Positions 24,111 to 52,489 of a stretch of 64,000 bases of DNA are shown piece by piece. A program made the position numbers and the translations under genes. Under the pieces are notes generated by a model. That model was not told where the DNA came from, searched no databases, and saw only the letters and a list, made by a program, of their open reading frames with translations. The stretch is from Felis catus (taxonomy: Eukaryota): positions 40,796,001-40,860,000 of the forward strand of contig NC_058381.1 of NCBI RefSeq assembly GCF_018350175.1. Direction: 5' to 3'. How positions within the stretch are numbered: position 1 is the first letter of the stretch; each line of letters opens with the position of its first letter.

Positions 24111-27100
24111 GTATTATAAATCCTACCTGAAGCAGTGCTTCTCAAATAGCCCCAACAAAAGCACCCCTGATTAAAGTCAGGGGAGAGGAAATGCAAAACT
24201 CCAGGAATCTGGGAATCGAACCCAAAGCAGCCTGCCACAAACAAAATATTGTCTTTAAGTTTCTTGTGTTAGCTTAAACTCATGTAAACTTTGCATTCCA
24301 ATCTGTAATAGATCCATGACTCCTTTAATACAAAAATGCTTAAAATAAGATGGAAGTGCCTAGAAGATGCAAAGACCCCTCTTAGTCGGTGGCTTGGACT
24401 ACCCACAGCACAGGACCCCCGCAGGGTCCAAGAACCCCAGATGAAGAAGCACAGTCATGGCCTTAGCATTCTCTTCTGCAAAATGGGAATACAACCCATA
24501 CCGATTCTGACCGGTATCTGTGAGATCAGACAACATGTGAAACCATGAAGCAGAGCGCCAGGTGACACAGCAACACTTGGTACAAATGCTGAAGTAGAAT
24601 CTTCGGGATGAATTATAATGTGCCTTCGAAACCCCACTGATCCATAAAATTGCTATTTGTGGGTATCTGGCTATCCTGTGCCAGGCACCGGACTAGCTCC
24701 TTTACCCTGTTTCTAATTCTGCAAAATACTTCGTATCCCCATTTTACTGGAAGAAACAGAGGCTCAACAAGATCAAGTCACAAGTCCAAGGCCAGGCGAC
24801 TGGTAAGTGGGGGGAGTCCAGACAACAACTCAGCTCTGGCTGACTCTATAAAGCTGTGCTTTCCACCCTACCGTACTACCTCTCTGTTTACTGGGCAAGG
24901 CTCAGAAGAAGGATGTCTCTAAGAAGGACTTGCTTCGTGGGGCTGAATTTGAATTTTGACCTTGCTGTTTCCATGTAAATTCTAGTGAAAGGAGCTACTG
25001 GTGGACAGCCACATTCTTCCAACCCGCGAGCAGCAAGGGGAATCAGGGGGTGAAGCAGAAGCCGCGCTGCTGGCTCCCAACGCCCATAACCCGGCCCAGA
25101 GAGACCCCTGAGCCCACTCACTTTTACTTTCATTTTCTAACCATCACGACTTTCCCAGAAGTGAATGCTACAGATGTCAGCAAACTCCCGCCCCGAAGAG
25201 TACTGACTTGGGACTCATAACTACCATGGTCCCCAGAGGCAGAGGAGATGGGGGTCATGGAGGATAGGAAGGTGGTGTGGGGGGGGGGGGGAAAAACAGA
25301 AGCAGAGGAGGGCATCAATGACACGGACGCTAAAGGGTCTGCAGCGGGGCCCCTGCCTGCTCACCCTGCGTGCCCGTTCCTTGAAGCAGCTCGAAGAAGG
25401 GCCCACTCTTAGGGAAAAAGAGGCACGTGGATTCCTAAATCCCAAGCCCCGGTTCTACCACCTTCTAACCAGATGACCTAAGGCTAGCTACTTTAAATTC
25501 CTTCAGCATCATCTCTAAAATGGAGATACAAAATCTCATGATCTCCCAGGACTCTTGTAAGGAACAGGTATGAAAAGAACTTTGTTTCTTGGGAGGATCA
25601 TGTGTGAAAAAACCCTGCAGCTTTAAAATGATTTCTAAAAATCCATCGTTACCACCTCTCCATTGCATGAAGGCAGAAAAGGCCAACTAGTTGAAAGAGG
25701 CAGGAGAGGAGAGGCTTCTGCGGCACACAGAGCCCTTCCTCTTTTTGCCAAGCAATGTCAGATCTCTGCTCGGACTCTACAATCCCTGGATACCGGAAGC
25801 GGCTGCCTGACTACCGGGGGCACTGATGCCTTCCACATCTCTCTGAAAGGGAGAGCTTCTCCTTCAAAAACCTGTTTCAGAATTCTGGCCGGGAGAGCAT
25901 GTCCAGACAAAGAGGGTCCCCTCAGAAGGCTGGCAGCCTCATCCTGTGACTCTCAAAGAGTTCCAGAAACCACAACCCTCGACAGGCGAGATAAGTTTGG
26001 TCAGAGACCGATGGCCAGTGAGCAGTCAGGCCTCTCCAGCCCTGCCCCTCAGAGGCACAGGCTGACCAGATTAGAGAAACTAGACTGGCCACAGAAGTCT
26101 CCAATAACCTTCCAAAGAAGACCACACTAGTGGTCCAACTGTTGACCCCAATAAGGTAGGCTTTTTTGTTGTCCAACAAAAAACGAAATGAGTGCATCCC
26201 AGGTCTAGCTCAAAAGTTTGTAGGAGTGAGACACTGGTGACTGACTGTCCAGAAGAAGTCAGAAAGGTCTCAAGGCAAAAAAACAAAACAAAACGTTTAG
26301 CACCTGTAAGGGCAGTAAAGACGGTGCAGAACACTGAAGAGCTACAGAAATTCCCAAAGACTGCATGGCCTCTCCTCCCTTCCTCGGATGTGATAGCAAG
26401 GGTCGGTCATGGCCTCAGAGAGTCAGGCTACTCCCGTTAAGGTAGTCTTGGCCTGTACTTTGGCCACATAACAAAGAACCTCCCAGGCTGGTCTGAGACA
26501 ACAGCCATTTCACACACCTAAGTCCCAAGCACTAGACAAGGATCAGATGTCAGTACAGGCTGCCTCTTGGAAAGGCTGGGGGGAATCGGCCCTTTCTGGC
26601 ATGTATGGGAATCCCTCGGGCTACAAAAATCAGCACATCAAGAAGCCAGAGGTGCCACTGTGCTCTCACCTTGCTCCTCTATAATCTACAATTTGTCCAA
26701 GCCCAGAAGGGACTGGAGAGGCCCTAGGACTAGAAGTGGCATAGACCTGTTGATCAAGGAGATGTGTGTGTGTTTGAGAGCGGGAAAGAGATGAGCCAGG
26801 ACCCTTTGATTCCAGATTCCTAATTTCTGGTCTTTTCCCTCCGCCCTAAAGACCAACAGACAGCAGTCCTAGGAGGAGCAGTCCCTCGGAAGCAGCTTGG
26901 AAGCCACTCACGTGCTCTGGGAGGACAGGGCTGAGCCTGGAGCAAGGGGGAGGGGGAGAGGGGGGGGAGAGAAAGAAGATAATGAATGGGCAGATCCACC
27001 CTGATCTGTGATCTGTAGCTAGGATTAAGCAAACCTCAGCTAAATTTTTCAGAGGCAGGAAGAGAAATACACTCAGAAAACACAACTAGGGAACAATATA

Positions 27101-27599
27101 ACTAGAGGACAGATATGGGGGTGGAGGGGGCAAGACAAGAAGGCAGTTCATCCCTAAAAAGTGGCCAAGACTTCAAATTCTGCTGAGATCCTGGCTGGCT
27201 CCCTGGCTCGAGGAAAGAGGGGAAGGGAGGCGCTATGGGAGCCTGTGAGAGTGGAACGCTGTCACCCAGGACCCCTCCGCCCTCCCCCCCCCCCCCCCCA
27301 GGAAATCGAGATAAAATTTCCCTAGGGCTGGAGGGAACAACTGTTTTTGTGGGACGGTGTGGGCCGGCGGGGAGGAAAACCGCGACAGACAGCACTCCTC
27401 GCCACCTCTATAGAGAAGGAAGACCGCCTCCTTCATACCTAGCAAAGATTCCTCCAGTTCTGGGAGCAGAGGGAGCAGAATTTGGGGTCTCTCTCTCCCA
27501 CAACTGGACTGGACAGGCCAGAGGAGAGCCCTGGGGGTGTCCCAAGGCTCATAAAGGGCCGGTTAGAGTGGGTAAGAAGGGCCCCCCTTTGGCCCGACG

Positions 27600-28180
27600 C
27601 CTGGGGAGCCCCTTAAGAGGGGGCTACGGGTCGGGGGAGGGGTCACTATCCCCCTAAGCCGGGGTTGGGCGGGAGGAAGTGCTGCCCCGAAGAGGGTTCA
27701 ACGCGAACGAGACACTGGGTCGCGGGACAGGCACACTCACGGCGGCTCCGGGGCGGCGGCGTTACTTGGGGCCGGGGCTCGGACAGGCTCCGCTCCTCTC
27801 CCCCCGGCGGTGTCCCAGGCTCCGGCCTCCACTTCCGCCTTTCAGCCGCTCCGGATCCGGATCTCCACCTCAGACCCGCCCCTCAATACTCCCAGGTGAC
27901 TGACAGGGCGGAGAGACCAATGGGAGGCACTCTTGACCGATTTACAGGCGACGCCTGTGGGGGGCACGGGCGAGGCGGGAGAGCGCGCGCGAGGGACGGC
28001 GGGACTTGTAGTTCAGAGAACTGGGAGGAGCCGGTGGCCGCCTGGGACTTAGGGTTAGGGTGGAGCCCGCTGCCGGCGAGGCGGAGCCCGGCCGGGAAAA
28101 TTTTAAAGCCAGGGCTGCCAAACGCGTCACCCTGGGTTCCAGGAGCCCCGAGGGGAGGCGGGTGGCAGAGCGCTGGAAGA
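27600..28180 (-). promoter_or_regulatory. RAB5C CpG-island promoter
   Basis: High CpG density, GC boxes, CCAAT at ~27917, ETS-like CGGAAGT at ~27831-27837, ZNF143-type AACTACAAGTCCC at 28001-28013. Confidence 0.75.
27741..27880 (-). other. RAB5C: RAB5C non-coding exon 1 (TSS approximate)
   Basis: CpG island; GCC|GTGAGT donor at 27740; joins the exon 2 acceptor TCTCTTGCAG at 9358. Confidence 0.8.
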
Positions 28181-29594
28181 GGGCAGACGACTGTGTGAGC
28201 AGAATTGGGAAAGGAAAAATATGGTGTGAATGAATAATGCACATGAGGCCGCAGTCCTGAGCACTGGCTAAACCGGAGAAGCCTCTGTCTGCACAGAGCT
28301 GCCAAGTCAGCTCTGGGAGCCCGACTGTTGGGGACATTCTGTAATGAGGAAGGTGACGGAAGTGCTATAGGAAGGGTTCTCTGGAGGTGAACCAGAGAGA
28401 TCAAAAGGAGAGCTCCTGCCACTGCTCAGCCGTAAGCCAGGACCCTCCTCCTTTGGCTGAACATCAAGACACACCAGGATCACCTCTACCTCTGCCTCCC
28501 CCGACCCCGACCCCGAACCAGCTCCTGTCTCTGATGCCAAATATGGAGCCGGACTACTTCTGCTTTGGCTCTCCCCATCCATAAACACAGATTAGAACCA
28601 TTTCTGTTTGCCTCCCCCACCTTGACCTCCANNNNNNNNNNNNNNNNNNNNNNNNNNNNNNNNNNNNNNNNNNNNNNNNNNNNNNNNNNNNNNNNNNNNN
28701 NNNNNNNNNNNNNNNNNNNNNNNNNNNNNNNNNNNNNNNNNNNNNNNNNNNNNNNNNNNNNNNNNNNNNNNNNTTAGGACCACTTCTGTCTCCGCCCACC
28801 CCCCTCCCGCAACACGGACCGGTATCTCCTCTGCGTTTGCATCCCACTCCCAGGAATACTACTCAAAACTTGTATGGAATCAAAGCTCAGTCCAGAGACA
28901 GCTGTGGGCGTTGTTCCTGTGACACCTGCTGACACCAATCATGCTTTGGAGCCTGAGCTGAAGAATCAACCTGTCTGGGACCGCCTGCCGCAAAACTGCC
29001 CACACCTAGTTCCATCTGGTCACCAGAGCGCTGCTTTCTAACAATAGCCGTAACCCCCATCTCCCCACCCCTGCATCCCTGCAGTGATCATCTGAGAAGT
29101 GAAAGCTAAGAGGGAAGAGAGGACTTAAGAGAGCAAAGGAGACGGGCAGAGTGGAATTCCTAGCAGGTTCTTGGCTAGTGACAAGCTTTTCCCCCCAGAC
29201 CGTGCTGTACCTAGCCTGTAACAGGTACAGGATTGGTTATACAAGATCAGTGGGGCGTCCCACTGGCTACCTTTCCAGAGCTGGAGGTGGGTCTGAGTCA
29301 GGACTCTGTGCCTCTCACACACTGTGTCTGAATCTGTGGCTGTCATGGGTGGGAGGAGGAGGGGTATAACGGGCCCGCAGTGACTCATTAAGGTTTCTAC
29401 CTCATCCCTGGGGCTTCTGGTGGCGTGAATGTGGTGCCAAGTGGATTGCTCGGCGCCTTTGCCCTTCCTAGAGACAGCAACAGGGCCCTGGGGTGCGGTG
29501 GGGAGTGACTGCCCTGTAGGCTCCTCCAAAGCCCTGGAGCTCTCAAGACCAACCCCCAGAAACAGCCAGAGCCAACAACTACAAAAATAAAGCA

Positions 29595-29600
29595 TTTATT
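29595..29600 (-). terminator. KCNH4 poly(A) signal AATAAA
   Basis: First TTTATT on the + strand downstream of the KCNH4 stop that I found, about 1.7 kb from the RAB5C promoter. Confidence 0.65.
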
Positions 29601-30207
29601 TCCTATCCAAAAGTGAGCCTTGGGTGTTGGGTGGCAAAGGAGAACTGGAGAACAGGGTGGGTTTGTGAGAAGTCAGGGCCCTGAGTGAGACCGTGTTGGG
29701 TGTGGGGAGAACAGGCTCGGAAGAGGTCTGGTGAGGGGAGGGGTAGGGAGTGCCGTGGGGACTGTTTCAAGTTGCTGGCAGCAGAAAAGACCACCTTCAG
29801 GGACAGCCTGCAGAAACACAGAAACAGAGATGTTGACAGGCCCAGGCCCAGGGGTAGAAGCTGACATTTCTGGGCCCAGAAAGCACTCTCTGGAGCACAG
29901 GAACCCGGAGAGGACACTCTAAGGCAGGAACTGCAAATCCAAATACCTACAGAGACCAGACAAAGAAGTCAAAGGAGGGAAGCCAGCTAAGTGTCAGGAG
30001 ATGATCCAGAAATGTGGCGACTGTGAAAAAGTGGCGAGCACAGGCCCCATCTCAAGAGGACTGCGGCCACTCAACACCAGTGGATTATTGCCAGTGGAAT
30101 GTTGGCCCAGGGTTGCCAGAACGCCCCAAGTTTTTTAGAGAAACTGGAATATCTGGATATTTGTGTGAACTCTGATTTTTAGTGTCAGCAACTCATTCGT
30201 ATTTTAC

Positions 30208-30234
30208 CACACACACACACACACACACACACAC
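30208..30234. repeat. (CA)n microsatellite
   Basis: About 13 CA units. Confidence 0.9.
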
Positions 30235-30909
30235 AAATCTGCGAGAACCGAAGAATACATATCTGCGGGCCACCCGTTTGTTTCTTGTGTGGGTTGAGGG
30301 ATGGGGTGAGCCCCTCCAGCCTGGGCTGGTAGGGGGAGGTCTAAGGAGTCTTGGGTTCCTCAGATGCCAGCTGCGATCTCAAACCTACCTGTCTCAAGGT
30401 GACATCGCTTCCAAGGTGTCCAGCAGAATCCAGGGGCTGGGATAGAAGGCCTCCCAATATCACTAAGCTATCTCTGCTGCAGAATCTGCAATCTGTCCCT
30501 CTTGCCTTAGACACCAAGATCCTGCCTGCTCTTGCCTCAGTCTTCGTGGGCTTGATCTGGGACCCTTCCCCAACCCCCGGTGCTCCCTGGTATCTACCTG
30601 CCTCCAGATCCTGGGGAGAAAGCAGGACATGTCATCTGCCCAGCCGGATCGGCACTGCATTCTGTCTCATGCCTGTTGGGTTCCACAGCCTCAGGTGGCT
30701 CCCCCTCACAGAGGGGAAGGATACAGGAAGGTTTAGAAAAGGGAAGAGGGTCCGAAGTAACCAGGCTTTGTTAAAAAGTCCAGAGAATGCAGAGCCAACC
30801 AGACCAGCCGGTGGCTGTTGACCGGAGGCAGGAGGCCAAGGGGCCCAGTCCCTCCCTGGATGGCAAGCAGCAGTGCCCACCCCAGACGGGCCTGGGCCCA
30901 GGGCCAGGG

Positions 30910-47340
<16,431 letters not shown>

Positions 47341-47769
47341 AATGAACTTCTAGAATAGCTTAACCCTCACTCGCGCCCCAGTTTAGGTAGGGAACCTTGG
47401 CGAGCTCTGTCTCTGAGTGCAGCCTGGTGGATGAAAAGAGCTTTGGAGTCCATGGGGTAGAATCCCAGCTTTGCTACTCACTGATTGTGTGATTTAGCCT
47501 CGTCAAGCCTCCCTTTCCTTATCTGTAAAATTGAGCTAATAATTTTCACCTCATGCGGTTGTGAGAATTTAATAGCATAATGCATGTTTTTGGTACACAA
47601 TATAAGTGTGCTGGAGAGCAATTGTCTCTCTCTTCCTGTAGTCTTGATTTAACCTTCCTTCTCTCAGCTGCCATTCAAGTGGAAGAGAGGCTGGAGGCAA
47701 GTTGGGGGCTGAGAAAGATAGTTTCAAGTTAGGCAGAGTCAGTTTGCAAATCTTTAAAGGTGTATTGGA

Positions 47770-47994
47770 GGGGCGCCTGGCTGGCGCAGTCGGTTAAGCG
47801 TCCGACTTCAGCCAGGTCACCATCTCGCGGTCCGTGAGTTCGAGCCCCGCGTCAGGCTCTGGGCTGATGGCTCAGAGCCTGGAGCCTGTTTCCGATTCTG
47901 TGTCTCCCTCTCTCTCTGCCCCTCCCCCGTTCATGCTCTGTCTCTCTTTGTCCCAAAAATAAATAAACGTTGAAAAAAAATTAAAAAAAAAAAA
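47770..47994 (+). mobile_element. Young felid SINEC_Fc-like element with 14-bp TSD
   Basis: CpG-rich, near-consensus sequence; TSD TAAAGGTGTATTGG at 47755-47768 and 47995-48008. Confidence 0.92.
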
Positions 47995-48329
47995 TAAAGG
48001 TGTATTGGTGGTCTTTGAGCTCCATCTTCTCCAAGAGGGAACCAGTGCAGCAGCAAGAAGGACCCAGGTGAGACCAGACATCGGGCTTTTTCACTACAAA
48101 AGCAGAAAATCACCGGGTGGGGGAGGGGGGGTGGGGGGCAGCTGAGGGTGGTGGCTTAGGGTGGCTGCTTTCCAGAACAAAGCAGCTAAAACCAGTGAGA
48201 ATGGGAAGATAGGCTGGTGGTCATCTCAGGCCCTCACCAGTGCTCCTCATCCCCAAGTCTGACCTGGGCATTATCTGGAATGTTAGATTGCTTAAAAGTC
48301 CCACATCCTTCTGTGTCTCTACTTTTGGA

Positions 48330-48750
48330 TGTTATATTAGTTTCCTAGGGCTANNNNNNNNNNNNNNNNNNNNNNNNNNNNNNNNNNNNNNNNNNNNNNN
48401 NNNNNNNNNNNNNNNNNNNNNNNNNNNNNNNNNNNNNNNNNNNNNNNNNNNNNNNNNNNNNNNNNNNNNNNNNNNNNNNNNNNNNNNNNNNNNNNNNNNN
48501 NNNNNNNNNNNNNNNNNNNNNNNNNNNNNNNNNNNNNNNNNNNNNNNCCACCTCTGTCTTCATGTTCACGTGGGTTCCCCCTGTGTGTGTTTCTGTAAGT
48601 CCACATTCCCCCATTTTATAAGGACACTGGTCATATTGGATTAGAGGTCCACTCTACTCCAGTATGACCTCATCTTAATTATATCTACTATTTCTATATA
48701 AGGTCATATTATGAAGTGCTGGGGGTTAGGACTTCAACATATGAATTGGG
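48330..48750 (-). mobile_element. MaLR (MLT1-like) LTR, partly in an N gap
   Basis: TTAGTTTCCTAGGGCT start; TATAAGGACACTGGTCATATTGGATTAG...GGGGTTAGGACTTCAACATATGAATT. Confidence 0.75.
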
Positions 48751-49337
48751 GGTGGGGAGGTGCATTTGGCTAAAGTTGCAGGAAAATCTTGCCCCATTTC
48801 TGATTAAGAACTCCTGACTCCCAGGTACCTACAGAATGAAATATAAAGCCTTCACAGTCCAGGCTGCAGGAACCTAAGAGCCTCCCCTCCAGCGTCTCCC
48901 CGCGCCCCACACCGTCAACCCCGTGCTGCAGCCACTCGGGAAAATTCATGTTGAATCTCAAATTCTCGGTCTTTTGGGCAAGCTTGGCTCCTCTCCCTTT
49001 CCAGCCAGACTCCGCTCCTCTGTGCAACATTCCTAGCTACCTCCCATCCCTGTCTGTCTGTAAAGGTCGAGATACATACAGAATGACGAGGAGAGAGCAT
49101 TGAGAGATGAGTCTGCCCCCCCTCCTCCCCCTCCAAGCGTGCACACGTGCGTTTCTCTCCGTACCACTGGGCCTAGCACAGTTCCTTGCTCTGTGTTTTG
49201 TGTTCTACCAGCCAGAGCTGAGGTGCTCCAGGGCCGGGCTGCCAGGCCCTCGGGCTCTTTACAGACTCTCACGCCCCCTGCAGGACGGGATGCGACAGCA
49301 AAGGAACAGAGACCAGCTTCACTAACAGAGACTCGTC

Positions 49338-49343
49338 TTTATT
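49338..49343 (-). terminator. HCRT poly(A) signal AATAAA
   Basis: TTTATT about 75 nt downstream of the stop codon. Confidence 0.85.
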
Positions 49344-49417
49344 GCCCTTTTTCTGAGGGCTGACACCCGGCGGGCAGCGAGGAGAGGGCAGGGTCAGAAC
49401 CCGGCCAGAGCAACGGC

Positions 49418-50515
49418 TCAGACTCCAGACCTTCCCCCAGGCGCCGCAGAGGGAGCGGCCAGGGCGGGACATCTACGCCCGGGGCAGGGGCGCGGCGCTG
49501 GCTCTGCGCCTGCGCGGCGGCCCATGGTCAGGATGCCGGCTGCGTGGTTGCCGCTGGCCTGCAGGAGGCGCTGCAGCCGGCCCTGGAGGCCAGGGGGTCC
49601 CGGCCGCCGCTTGCCCAGCGTGAGGATGCCGGCCGCGTGGTTGCCCGCGCCGTGCAGCAGCTCGTAGAGGCGGCAGGAGCACGTCTTCTGGCGGCAACAG
49701 TCGGGCAGGGGCTGCGCTGCCGCTCCCGGCGACAGGAGCGCGGGCGGTAGCAAAAGCAGCAGCAGCAGCAGCGTCACGGCGGCCCAGGGGACCTAGGGAG
49801 ACGCGAGGCCAGGTGCTGGGGTGGGGGGAGGGCGGGGGGGGGGGCGGCGGGTTTCCCGCCGCGCCCACTTTCAGTCCCCTGGCCCAGGCCCCGCCCACTT
49901 GGTTCTACGCCCCCTCCCTCCTGCGGTCCTAACACTCTGCGTTCCCTAGTTTCCCCGGCCTCTGTCTGCAAGACTATTGGAGGGCTCCTCTCTGGCTCTT
50001 TTACCTACTCATCTCTCAAGCCCCAGAACACCATCTCCTCCAGGAAGCCCTTTGAGACTCCTGGGCAGAGTGATTCCCTCTTTTCTGGGTACCCTTAAGT
50101 CTCTCGTTACCCCCATTAGAGCGCTTACCACTCCACCTGAAAACAGGGTGTGTGAGTCTGCACCGGAAGTTTGTTCACTCAGGGAAACAGACCCAGTATA
50201 GTCCCAACATGGGCAAACCAAGGACTGGGGTGCAGTCAAGGACCGGCAGGATCCAGGTTGTCTTGTCTGCCTGCTCCCTCACAGGGGAAACTGCATTCTG
50301 TGGCTTCTGCACCAGTTTCCTACCCTCTTATGGGCACAACTTCCTCACTTGTAAACGGGTTAAGTAATTCCTATAGTGCAGGCTGCCAGGAGGAGGACAT
50401 GAGAGACTGCAAACAGCACCTGATACATGAGCTCTCAGGAGCTGGGCACAGTCCCATGCTAGCAGAGGCCGACCCTCCGCCAAGGCCCCACCCAGTCCCC
50501 TGCCTCAGAATCCCC

Positions 50516-50546
<31 letters not shown>

Positions 50547-50676
50547 AAAAGACCAAGAGTAGAGACATCTCAGACTTCTTTCCAGCCCCCTGAGTAAGCA
50601 GTCTCATTGCCCCCCTGGGATGATGAGTTACCCCTCCATCCCCAGGTATCTTTACCTTTGTAGAGGGAGGGTTCAT
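49418..50676 (-). CDS. HCRT: Prepro-orexin (hypocretin), 131 aa. Exons 50676-50656 and 49792-49418
   Basis: MNPPSTK|[25 protein letters not shown] signal peptide; orexin-[37 protein letters not shown]; orexin-[32 protein letters not shown]. Confidence 0.99.
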
Positions 50677-50785
50677 GGCGTCTGGAGCTCAGAGTGGGGT
50701 AGCCAAGAAAGGTCTTGTCTGCAGTGGTCCAAATAGCCGGGAACTTTGAGGCTGTTGACTGTGACCACTGATCAAGGGCCTGGGG

Positions 50786-50791
50786 TTTATA
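50786..50791 (-). promoter_or_regulatory. HCRT TATA box
   Basis: TATAAA on the minus strand about 110 bp upstream of the ATG. Confidence 0.75.
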
Positions 50792-52489
50792 GTGCTCTGA
50801 GGTGGTGCAGGACAGACGGGTACTTGCGTCTACTCTGGGGCCAGACAAAGGCAAGTCTAAGATTAGCCTCCCACAGGGCAGCCGTCTCCAGGTTGGGCCC
50901 AAAGAATGGCCGCCAAGGCTCTCAGAAGCGGGAGTTCGATCACTGTGCCCAGGGTCCCCCCCTTGTCTGTCTGCCTGCTCCCTGGAGATGGGGCGGTCTC
51001 CGGGCATTAATGAGGCCACCTTGCACCCAGGAATCTGGGAGCACAAAAGAGGCCCTGGCTGGGGCGCTGGCCTGGGACAATGTATGTGTGTTTGGGGCGG
51101 GGGGGGGGGGGGGCAACTGCTAATTAGGGCAGGAGAGAAGGCAGCTGTGAGACCCACTCTCCACATGGTGTATGTGGTGGGGGGAGGACAGCTAGGCAGC
51201 AGGCCTAGCTCCTTGTTGCTGTCCCTGGGGTCTGTCAGGCTCCATGGCCCTCTTCCTTAATGGAAAAGTCTTCTTACGCCTCTCCCTTCCCCCAGTTCTC
51301 TCCTTCCCTCTGCCCCTTCCACAAACCTCCGAGGGGGAAAAGCTTGAAACTCAACTTGGGTAGGGGGAGGAAACAGCCAAACCTGGTGTTGTTCTTGAAC
51401 CTGCCCAGTTTCCCTCCTGTTCAGGTGGCCTAGAGTAGGGGATAGAGTCCCAATCCCACCATAGGAGAGAGTGAACGACCCGGGACGGGGAGGACCGCGC
51501 CATCTCCAAGCCAGAGTCTCTTTTATTCAGGGCATGTCCATTATGCACCTGCTCTCAGCCAGGCCCTGCACAGCACTGGAGGGACAGTGTGCATCAGACA
51601 TGGCCCAATTTTCCAGGAGCTCCAAAGTCCAGGTGGGGAGGCAACCTAGCATAATGATAGCTTCGTGGGAGAAAGGACCCCAAAAAGGCCTTGCATGCCA
51701 AGTAGATTTCCATCAGCTAAGATTGGGGAGGAGGCATTCCACAGAAGGCACAGCTTGAGCACAGACCTGGAGGTGACAGTGCTTAGCTCACGCAGGATAG
51801 TAGGGTGTGGTCATCATAGCTGTGGCTTCCTTCTCAGGGGAGAGGTGGCTGGACAGGTAAGTGAGGGCCAGGGTGGGTCAAAGGGTCTTGCAGGCTAAGC
51901 TGATTGGTCTGAATCCTGTGGCCACTGGGGAGCCACAGGAGAGTTTTAGCAGGAAGAAGTTGTGGGGTTGATGGGGGATTGGGTGGCCTGGATGTGGGGC
52001 ATGGAATCCAGCACTAATTCAGAGGTAGAACTGGTGACTTGGCAACTGATCAGGAACAGGGACTGTGTTACTTAAGAGGAGCTTGTGGGGGCCTTGGGCA
52101 AGCCTCACAGCCTCAGGAAGCCTCAGTTTCCCCACTGCTAAGATGGGCAGTTAACCCAAATGGTCTCTGAGATTGCTTCCTGTTGTGATACTTCCTGACT
52201 TGCAGTATAGCCCCTGCCCATGGAGGTGATTTGTGGGTATTGGGCCAGACAGGCACCTGTGCTAAGCCAGCTAAGTTGAGGAGCAGTCCTTCCCCATTTA
52301 CGGTAAGCTTGGAGTGGAGAGAGGGAGGAGGAGTGGGCTCTGGATCTTCTGGGTTGACCTAGGCCATGGTAGGGGTCCCCAAGACCTACCCCAACCTGGA
52401 GTGGAGCGTGGGGGGAAAGCCTTGGTGTCCAGAGCTGAAGGTGGGGGAAGCCAGCCTGCAGCAAGAGCAGGACGAATGAGACTACTACA

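Noticed and set aside
27235-28588. Long ORFs on both strands at the RAB5C promoter
   Set aside because: Typical CpG-island by-products with no homology signal.
49520-49610. Orexin-B starting RPGPPG rather than human RSGPPG
   Set aside because: Pro at position 2 is the common non-primate state, so it is not novel.
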